Assembly (NCBI GenBank): GCA_020536535.1
Contig: JAHLWZ010000835.1
Span: 25,562-89,561, forward strand
Reading direction: 5' to 3'
Source: Pelomyxa schiedti
Taxonomy: Eukaryota; Protista; Evosea
Length of the DNA stretch: 64,000 nucleotides
Positions 12,403 to 21,865 of the stretch are shown piece after piece. Under the pieces are notes generated by a model. The model saw only the letters and a program-made list of their open reading frames with translations, did no database searches and was not told the origin of the DNA. The position numbers and the translations under genes are program-made. How positions within the stretch are numbered: position 1 is the stretch's first letter; each line of letters opens with the position of its first letter.

Positions 12403-13148
12403 TCAAAGCCATAGAATAAGCCTGCCAGTCCCTCCATGATCAGTTCGAATCCAACACACCACAACCTCCGCAGGCAGGAGCCCGAGTAGGAGTGGGAACT
12501 TTGTTGATCGGCATCGGGTTCGGTTCGGTTTGTCGTCACCATTCTGAAAGGATATGTTAGTTCGACTCGTCACAAATGGAGATATGCATACCGGGTAAAT
12601 GGAAGAAGCTCGAAAAGGAGTCCATACAAACTGCCGAGATGACGCATCACCACGTGGAGCAGCAGTAGGAGTGGTAGTGGGAGGCAAGCCACAACCAATC
12701 AGTGTGACCGTAGGGTGGTTCTGAGGGGATCTACGGATGAAAGGGACTTTGTTGTTGTTGGAGACACTGACCACTGTTGCTGGGGGGGTTCGAGTTGGTG
12801 AACTTGGTGTTCCATTTGGTGTTGGGGTTGGAGCTGGAGCTGGAGTTGATGCCGACACCAATGGAGTGGTGGTTGTTGTTGTGGTTGTTGGTGTTCTGAC
12901 TGTTGGCACAGGTGCCAGCGACGGCGTTGTGCTGGAACCTCGAACAATCGGAGCACGTGGTAATGATGGTGATGCTGATCCCGCAGAAGAAGGCGGAGTT
13001 GGTGGAGGTGGGTTTCTTGCAGTGGTAGTGGTGGTAGGGGTAGGGGTACTCTTAGCGGTAGCAGCCGGCGGAGGTGGGATCTGAAGAGGGCTTCTGCTGT
13101 ATGAGTACTCTTAAGAATCCTTCTGGTTGGCGAGAACAAGGAGCCCAT
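12403..13148 (-). CDS. Hypothetical Thr/Pro-rich low-complexity protein (could instead be upstream exons of UVSSA)
   Basis: GC-rich open frame PPPPAATAKSTPTPTTTTT...MPTVRTPTTTTT...; frame discontinuity near 13080; no recognisable domain. Confidence 0.35.
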
Positions 13149-13459
13149 GACAAACAAGTGCACACCGGCGGCCGAAGCAAAATCCAATTGATTACTACGA
13201 CGACGAAGAGGTTGGTGGCGACGAGCCACAGGCAACACGTAGAGCGAGACCCAGCGAACGGAGGAGAATAGAGAACAAGCCAACACTACACCCATCCAAC
13301 TGTGTTTTTTTGTGGAATTTGACACGCAGGGCAACCACTCCTGTCACATGCCAAATCGCTGAAAAACAGGTTTTTTTGCCAACAAACCAAAAAAGAAAAC
13401 AAATCAACAACAAGCACATCTACACAATACAAACAAAAAAGGTACGCGAGGGGTGGCTC

Positions 13460-16007
13460 TCAGGCGTTGTTGATGTTGTTGAAGGAGGAGGGTTGGTTGC
13501 GAGCGTGGTAATCGCCACCATGACTATGACCGCGCACTGTTTGGAGGGATCGCGGCCCGCTGATGCCGCGGGGGTTGGTGCAACGAGAGCCGCACCTCTT
13601 GCACGCGTCTGTGCATTGGCGCCGGTGGACGTAGCAAGGGCACGTGACGGTATAGCAAAGGAACTTGGGGCCGTCGGAGCAACGGCAGTACGGGACATCT
13701 GCAGGGCGGGCAGGAGGAGGCGCCGCCGCCGCCGGGGGCGGCATGGCCGCGGCTGTGGCGACGACGGGCGGTGGTGGTGCATCAAGTTGGGGCGGGCGGC
13801 GCGGCAGGGGCGGGGGCGCGAGCACGCGTGCTGATGGGGGCTCGGCGGGCTGCCTGGCGGGGGGCGCAGGCCGCAGACGCTTTGGAAGGGGGATGTGGTA
13901 CTTTGGGGTGCACTTCAGCATGAAACGGAGCATTTGGTCGCTCATGGCGGGCTCTGAAAACGCCAGGACAGAACCAGTGGGGCCGCGTTGCATAGTGGGC
14001 CCTGATGTGGGCAATGCCCAGGGATGCGATGGCTGGCGAGGTTGCACTGCTGTGGAGGGTGGTGGCACGGCAATTGAGAGTGGAATTGAGTCGAGATCAA
14101 GGGGCGTGGAGGGGGCAGTGGTGGAACGGTGAGAGTGGTGTGCGGCTGAGGAATGGGGGGAAGGGGAATGTGAGTGGGGGTGGCGAGAGTGGGAATGGTG
14201 GCGGTGGTGAGAGTGGGAATGGTAACGGGGCTGTGTGGGACGTTCGCTCGAAATTGATGCGGGCGGTGGCGGGAGGGCAGAGGATGACGGCTGTGTGGGA
14301 GGAGGTTCAAGGCTGCTGGATTGGGGTGTACCAGGGAGCACTTGCTCTGACTGCTGCTGCGGGGATGAGCGGGAGGAGGTGGTGGTTGTGGAATGGTGAG
14401 AGGGAAAGGAATGGGGATAGGAAGGTGGTGTGGAGTTTGTTACTTCAGGTTCCAACATATTGTGTGGTGGAGCAGGGGAGGGTGAAGGTGTCTGTATGCG
14501 AGGAGGTTCAATGGGGGGAAAATGGCGTGGTGCTGTGGATGGTGGCACTGAGGTTGGTGAGGTCCAGTCATAGTAGAGGATAGAGTCATCATCAGCATCA
14601 GAATCTATAGAAGCCCTCTGATCACTGGGACTCTCAGCGGGTACTGCTGGAGCCACAGATGGGGTCACGGACCGGTGAAGCGAAGAGAGTGCCGGCAGTG
14701 AAACCGGAATGGAGGGCGGCTGCAGCACTGAAGGGAGCTGCAACCGGGGCGAGGATGGCAAGGCCGGCAGCAGCTGGTCCATTGAACCGACCTCCTTTGT
14801 GGGGCTCATTGAAGTTACAGGGGGTGCTGTGAGGGCAGGGGAGGCTGATTGCAGCTCCAGGTGGCTGAGGCTTGTTGATTGGTCAATGTGGGTATTCTGG
14901 GGTGGTGCCGTAGAAGGCGGAAGAAGTGAAGGGGAGGCAACTGATGAGGCTGGTTGCAGTTGGGCAACTGAGGGGGCAATCATAACTGAAGCAACGCGAG
15001 GTGGCGGGAGCGGTGAGGATGAAGGCTCCCGCTGGCTGCTTGTTGGTTTTGGAGCACTATGGGGCACCTGGGTGAAATGAGGAGAAGGAACGGCTGAGGA
15101 AGAAGGCGTGGGCGGCTTCGTTGCCTCCGATAATGCATTATCCAAAGAGGGCTCATCCTCGCCAACTTCAACATCCCCGGCAACGGCACTATCGTCAGCA
15201 GCCGTAGGAGAAGGAGGCCTCACCACTTCCTCGGAGAACTTCAGCACCCTTGGCTGTACCAACTTGATGTATTCGGCCTGTGGTCGGAGTAACACCACCC
15301 ACGCGCCTGATGGCTTCATATGCCATATCTTTCTTTGTGCCGCTTTAGCATCATTGACTGTCTTGAACTTGACATAGTATCTTGTACTCCACTTTTGCAC
15401 GTTACGCCTGTTGAAATGAGTGAGTGGTGGCCTCAGTGTGGCCAATTAGTTCGTGGTTGTTGGTGCTCCATACCTTCTCACACTGAACAATTTCGCAAGC
15501 ATTTGTCTGCTTATATTAGCAAGGCCAAGGACAACCCTCCTGGTCCTCGGATCGCTGCAGAATGTGGCAGGGCTGCCGTCTCTGCAAAACTCCGGCGCTG
15601 GCCGACGGAGGTTCATATTGCCTTTCCTCAGTGCTTTGCGTAGTGAAAACGAGTTGTACCGAGTTTCTACTACATATACTCGTTCACCAAATGGAATTAT
15701 CCTTGCATGTGACCTATTACAAATGAGAACAGCATTCTTTGATTGACACACAGCGAGATTGGATTGCAATACAAACGCACAGTAGTATCATAGATAGATA
15801 TTGAATGGGGGTGTGTGAGGAAGGAAATCAAACGAGGCATGACCCATACTTGTATTTCGCCAGCAAGACCCTGACAGTATTTACAGTTACCTTACGACCA
15901 AGTACCCTCCTGGCGCCTGCCGGTAGGCGAACCCCTCTTATGAGTGGTGGGACCCGCGCCTTGATTGTGGGCGGCGCTCCCTCGTCACCCTCGGGATCAT
16001 CGTCCAT
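13460..16007 (-). CDS. RRM-like + long Pro/Ser/His-rich region + C-terminal CXC (tesmin/MSL2-type) domain protein
   Basis: 661-codon terminal exon; RRVVLGLANISRQMLAKLFSVR|...YYVKFKTVNDAKAAQRKI; C-terminal CRCSDGPKFLCYTVTCPCYVHRRQCTDACKRCGSRCTNP (9 Cys). ATG MDDDPEG at 16007. Confidence 0.65.
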
Positions 16008-16101
16008 CTCGAAGTGTGTCGTCGCAGTTCGGTGTTGAGGGACTATTATTTTCCTCTTTTGTTGAAAAAGAAATTTAAGATTCAAATCTTCTCATGAGAC
16101 A

Positions 16102-19100
16102 TCAGGACAAAATTGGGTAGTGACGTGGAGAAATGTGTTGGGGTATTGCACAGAAAACTGTGTATGGTGTGGGTAAGAGCGGAGTTCTTTGGATGGAACT
16201 CTGGAGTGGGTGTGAGATAGGTTGTTGCATGGGAATGCATGCCTTCCAAGGAAGTATTGTTTCCACATCATCCTTAATGTGTGCAACATGATTTGCTGTG
16301 CATCCCCTTTCAGAGATTAGTCCCAGAACAAAGTAACTGCGAGGTGCAGTTTGCCAGGACGAAAAAATTCTGGAAGAAGAAATCAAATACGGGGACGAAG
16401 TCCATGCGGTTGTACTAGTTAGAGAAAGAAAGAGTAATATCGTAAGAAATTTGCCGTAGCTGGCGAGGATTTCTTTGAAATATCCTGAAACTGAATTTGG
16501 ATTAGGAAGAGATGGAACAATGAAGGAAAAGTGCCATTTGGTGCATTGGTTTTCCAGAAGTCTATATATTGAACGTGTGGCCTTGCTGAAATGTGAAACA
16601 CACTCAGAGTCGCCACCATGACACCACACATTTTTTCGGAGGCCTTGAGGTGATAGTAGCCAAGAATAGTTCCTGACCGACTTCATGAGATCGCACTGGT
16701 AGACAATATTAATAGCCAATGGACCACAATCTAGGGGTGTAATGTTGGAAGACAACGGGAGTACAACGATATTATACTCCAAAAGTACGCTTCTATGACC
16801 GTCCCCAAACGGACGCGGTACTCGGTCTGTTAACTTCAATAGCTGATCATAGAGGGTGACTTGTTTAGTGTTTACCTGTAAATTCCAGAATAAACTGCGG
16901 CCAATAATGGAAGGATTTTGTATGGCTCGCAAGAGCGGAAATTCTACAAGAGTCGAGTGGTGGTATGTCTCGGTTTTAATTGCCTTTATAACTTATAAAT
17001 CATTTGAATACCTAGGGGATACCTGAATAATTTGCAACAAGTATATCAGCAGTTGTTAGTCTGTGAATTTTGCGATGCACTTCACTGTTTCGTTGTAAGT
17101 GGAAGGAAAAGTTTACATACAACCTGCATAATCCCGAATCTTTGCAGCCGGATATGAGGCAGCATCAAATAACTGTGGGAAACATCAATTAATTTATTTA
17201 TCTATGAATGTTACAATGAGTGCTTCTGATGGATCAATGAGCGGCCAGTGCTCCAAAATTCTTCAAAGAAAATATTTTCAGAACTGGAAGAAATGAGGTG
17301 GTATACTTGAAGAGTTGGGTTGCAGATGTAATATCAAGGAAGAGCGCACACAATAGAAGCTTGAGTAATATGTCAGTACGGAAAAGCAGCAGCCAATAGC
17401 CGTGGGGACCATAGCAGACCAGGCTCGGCTGCTTTTCCGTACTGAAAAAATACCAAGGTTATCTTCTTCAGGTGGGTTCCCACTCTTCTTCAGGTGGGTT
17501 CTCCACTTCATCCAGAGGGGGCAATTCCAGCGGAACTGTTTTTTTTTTTTTTAATTTTAAAAAATGAGTTTAATACCATCAGGTAAACAATGAAATAATG
17601 GAATTGGAGGAGACTCAAGTTCAAAATTGATAACAATGCATTTGGGATTAAGATTTTCCGAGGTAGTGCCTGTACAACATGAATGAGGTAAGATGGAATT
17701 TGGGGAAGTCCTACTCAGAGGCTTTACTGTGGTATTCCACATATGCAAGCGATGGGTACCTCCTTTGAACACCCCATCATAGTCAAATAAACTGAAACGC
17801 ACCCCAGCAAGAGGTTTTACTTTTCTTCCGGACAACCCTCGTTGCCCATACAAGTTGAATAGAAGTCTGGATTCCTGCTGTTGTTCAGATGACTTTGTTA
17901 CACATATACATACACGAGGAAGTCGGTTAAATAAGATTTTACTATGCAGTAGCTCATTCCACATAGTTGTTGGCTTGTTCTGTGTGACCATATGCATATT
18001 GTTGATCTTGTGTTTCCCATAGACCTTGTACTGAATATATATCACAGGATTGGTGCCCCTCCCGCCTGGTGAAGTACAATTTGACAGAAACATAGAAGAA
18101 AACCTCGGAATCTTCTAGGCTTTTAGGTTCTTGGACTGCTTGAGTACATCGTACATCAAATCTTTTTCAATCAATTCTGGGCAGAGCATCTTTTTTTGCC
18201 TTAATCCTTCAATGAGGAAGGGGAGGGAATTGCACTGAACAAAAGACCTTCAATGGATAAAAGTTTTACTTGGAACTCGAGCTCCACTTTCGAAGATGGT
18301 AGACACACAGTCAGCAAATTCCACTTGATAGTTGCTTGGGGCTGTGGAAATAGGAAAGACGGTGCGGTAATCACTTTCATTCAGTGAGTGAACGAGAAAA
18401 AGTATGGGGGAAAGGACACACACGTGATATTGGTCAATTGACAAATCGACACGTTTCCTTCTCGATACTCGGTGACGCACATATTCCACAGAAGATGCTT
18501 CCAGGTTAGTGTGCAAAATTTGTTCTCTTGACCCGTGAATCTGTAACTATTACACAGAGTTTACTGTCAATGATGAAAACCTTAACGACACATGTCTCGG
18601 GGGCAACGGAAGTGGAATTCAATGAATTGCACTCAGAAACAGCTTGAGTGATTAAATCACATATCTTCATGGACCCTTGTTGCTTAGTTAGAAATAGGGG
18701 AAAAAAAAAAGAATTTTATTTGTCTGAGAGGGCTATTCATCTGAACAAAGTAGCAGTGTGTAGTGACAGATTCGAATCTTTTGTGTTTGTTTCCAGAATA
18801 TTGTGTTTGGGTTGCCACAGTCGTTCCCTGAGATAAAAGAAGAATTTGAAGTGATTCCACTAGAACAAGGGTTAAGGCTGCATATCACACAAACTACACA
18901 CTGTTCCCATCATCTGGACTCAATAAGGCGTTTACCATTCATTGCCTAAGTGTTCATCAGGAAGGAATAATGAGATTGGAAGAGGGTACATTATTGTTGG
19001 TACAGGGGAATTTTTATTCTCTTTCGTCCCGTTATCTATTGTAATGCGCAATTCCCTGGGTCTAATTCTAGAGGTATCAGGATCAAATTGTGACGATAAC

Positions 19101-19427
19101 GGGGGGATGTGCTTTGATTGGAGAGCAACACCAAAAAAAAAATAAAAAAAACCTTGACCATTTGTTTGTGCAGTCAAAAAAAAAAACTTGTTGTTTGTAT
19201 CCTCGACGTGGCGATGCGGCGGAGGAAACCGATGAAGCTGTCGGCGTGGCCCTGGTCGCCGTTGTGGGAGTGACGGTGTTGTCGTTCTTAACGCACGTAG
19301 ATCGTTGGGCGCAACGCCGCTGACGGGCAGAAGGTTTTTTCTTTTTACAAAATAATTTTTGTGAATTTCGCCGTTTCGTGGAGTGATGGGTCGAAATTCC
19401 GCAGATGTTTTTCATCAGTGATCCCAT
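16102..19427 (-). pseudogene. Class I-like PI3K remnant: Ras-binding + C2 + helical domains, no kinase domain, in-frame stop
   Basis: IHGSREQILHT..SVEYVRHRVSR (end of RBD); LLFNLYG...PLAGVRFSLFDYDGVFKGGTHRLHMW (C2); ILEHWPLIDPSEALI|LFDAASYPAAKIRDYAVKCIAKFTD*QLLIYLLQIIQ|AIKTE...RAIQNPSIIGRSLFW (helical, TAA at 17056-17058). No lipid-kinase motifs before the stop at 16102. Confidence 0.65.
17462..17506. repeat. Tandem 22/23-bp duplication (TCTTCTTCAGGTGGGTTC[T]CCAC) in the PI3K-like locus
   Basis: Two adjacent near-identical copies read directly. Confidence 0.9.
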
Positions 19428-20041
19428 AATGTCCGGCAGGGAGTATTGAACAAAAAGCGCGCGTCGCGAGAAAAGATAAAACCAGCTCTCGTCGAGAGTT
19501 ACCCGCCGTGGCGAAAAGTCAGTGCGGCGTTCAATCTCCTACACCTGCGGGCGATTGCGCCAATCTTCCCAGTACCCAGTCTGGTTGTAGGGGTGTCGTC
19601 GACACTTTAAATAAAAAAGAATTTCCTTCTATTTCTATTGCAACTCTTTTTCTCTTATGGCTCTTGTGTTTGCGATTACGTGCGGATTTGCGACAACGTG
19701 TCGTGCGGCGCTGTGTCATTTTGAGTTTTTTTCCTTGTCTTTTTCCCTGTGCTGTATGAGCCGGAGAAGGCGGGGCGTTGCCGCATTTATGTTTGGTGTG
19801 GAATGTGCTATTAGAACCAAGTGTCAATTTGAATGTTAACAGGCAAGCCATCAACCCACAAGATTGGCAGAATTTTGCGCTTTTACTGTTCGATTTCAAT
19901 CAGGAAAGAGCCTTCTTTGTTTCGAAAATTTTTTAAATAAAAAAAATGCTGCAGCCCCATGTAAACATGATTACTACACCACCAAACAGTAGGAAACGAC
20001 AATAACAACAACCACAGCGGTGTCTTATTGACTGAGAACAA

Positions 20042-21768
20042 ATGGAGCGTCGCCAACCAAGCAGCAGTGTGGGTGGTGTTGGTGGTAGTCGCGGTCGCGG
20101 TGGTGGCGCCGGGGAGCCTCCGAGGGATGGGCATGTTCGTGGGGGTCCCCCTGAGAGTGCCGCTGCGCCTGCGACACGGGAGAAAGAGCACAGTCCCCAA
20201 CCACATAAATACTACCCTTGGAAAGTCCCTGCCGGGGCCCTGCGCGTTCTCGGAGTCGCGCCGCCAGAGCCGCTGCGCAGACTTGTGGCTCCCAGTGTTG
20301 CTCCAGGGGACGCCCAGGTGCTGAGCCTAGAGAGGACGACGTGAGCGATGGTGGTCAGAATGACGAGGGGGATGAGGCTGGGGCCGGGGAGGGGATCAGC
20401 AAGCCCAAGGGGGAGCCCCTCACTCGCGACCAATTGAAAGGGATGATGAAGGACTCATATGGAAGGTATGTCTTTTTCCTACTCTCTTGGTGTTTCTGGT
20501 TGTCATTGATTCGTTTTAAAACCACACCCAGTTCAACCCTTACAACATACAGGTTCCTGTTGTACCATCCAACTGGAAATAGATTGTATGTTGACTCTCT
20601 GGCCCAAGATGAAGCAGAAAAAACGGAACAATTAGACGATTTAAGGAGGGTACTCATGCCACAAGGGATTACATTGCACCCTCCAGCACCCGAGTTCATA
20701 CTCTCAGCTGAGCCTTCACAGCGGAAACCAAGGCCCGATTTGAGTGACCCTAGCCGCGTATGGATTCGCGCGTTACCCCCCACCTCTCTGAAGAAAGGCA
20801 ACGTGGATGTGGAAACTCTATACGAGAAGATTGCTGCAGAATTAAACGATATTGAAAGCGGCCAAGGCCAAAAAATCAGGTTCGTTGAGCCATGACACTA
20901 CTTGAGATCTAACTCTATGTAGGTGGAAAGAAATAGTTAGTGGGGAGAGTCCATACCACCCCTATATTGAATTAGAAAGCAAGGCAGATGCCACAAAAGC
21001 AAAAAAGTTTCTTAAGTGGGTTGATGATGTACAAGTGCAATGGGTCAACAGCCAAAGTGACTTGACTCCTTATCCTGTACAAGGCACTGGAAAACAGAAG
21101 CCACCTGTCACTTCTTCCACAACGGCCATCACGTCTACATCCACTTCAAGCAAAAAAACGACAGCTGTAGATCTTGAGAGTGTGAAGGAGAAAGAGCATA
21201 AGAAGCCCAAGGAAATGAAGAGGGTTGATGACATGAGGGAGAAGGGGAAAGAAAAGAGGGGTAAGGGAGATGCTCCTGAGAAGAAGGAAAAGAGGTCCAA
21301 GGCAAAGAAGCCAAAAGGAGACTCAAGTTCTGATTCTGACTCCTCTGTGAGATCATCCAAGAGGTATGAAAGAAGACTTGTAGTACATTGATTCTGACTC
21401 TAATGACAGGTCTAAGGCCAAAGAGAAAAAAGGAGACTCGAGTTCGGAGAAGCTTAAGGGGGACAAGGGAGATGAGTCTGAGAAGGAAAAGTTGGCCAAG
21501 GCAAAGAAGAAAAAAGGAGACTCGAGTTCCGATTCTGACTCCTCTGTGAGACCATCCAAGAGGTATGAAAGATGACTTGTAGTACATTGATTCTGACTCT
21601 AATGACAGGTCAGTGAGTGCATGCTGCTGCAAGAAGACATGTGCCAAAGCCTGCCGGTGCAACGTAAGCAAACGACCTTGTCAACGTCATTGCAAGTGCA
21701 AGTGTTGGTCTCGCGGAAAATGTGATAACCCTGCAGAAGACCAACAACATAAACGTATACGCACATAA
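20042..21768 (+). CDS. RRM-like + Lys/Ser-rich region + C-terminal CXC domain protein; 5' frame unresolved
   Basis: VWIRALPP...LYEKIAAEL...IR|WKEIVSGESPYHPYIELESKADATKAKKFL..VQVQWV. The last exon (after AG at 21607-21608) encodes SACCCKKTCAKACRCNVSKRPCQRHCKCKCWSRGKCDNP; stop at 21766-21768. Confidence 0.65.
21311..21612 (+). repeat. Direct duplication (period 199 bp) of an exon end plus a 46-nt intron
   Basis: Introns 21364-21409 and 21563-21608 are near-identical (GTATGAAAGA.GACTTGTAGTACATTGATTCTGACTCTAATGACAG), and the preceding KGDSSSDSDSSVR-coding blocks match. Confidence 0.9.
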
Positions 21769-21865
21769 AACGGCCTTACACAAAAATAAGTACTATGCTT
21801 TCTTTTGTTTTTACTTTTGCATCAAATTTATTTGAGGACCAACGGTCACGGCACCCCGGCCGAAG

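Noticed and set aside
13310-15377. Long plus-strand ORFs opposite the 661-aa exon
   Set aside because: Shadow ORFs caused by GC-rich, stop-poor low-complexity coding sequence; no domains.
17056-17058. In-frame TAA as evidence of a reassigned genetic code
   Set aside because: TAA, TAG and TGA all act as true stops in neighbouring well-conserved genes (e.g. 9137-9139, 37137-37139, 43985-43987); a single case fits a nonsense mutation or an error.
19531-19899. Small basic protein gene (MTQRRTTRCRKSARNRKHK...)
   Set aside because: No recognisable domain or consistent splice model; more likely the divergent promoter/5' UTR region between the two flanking genes.
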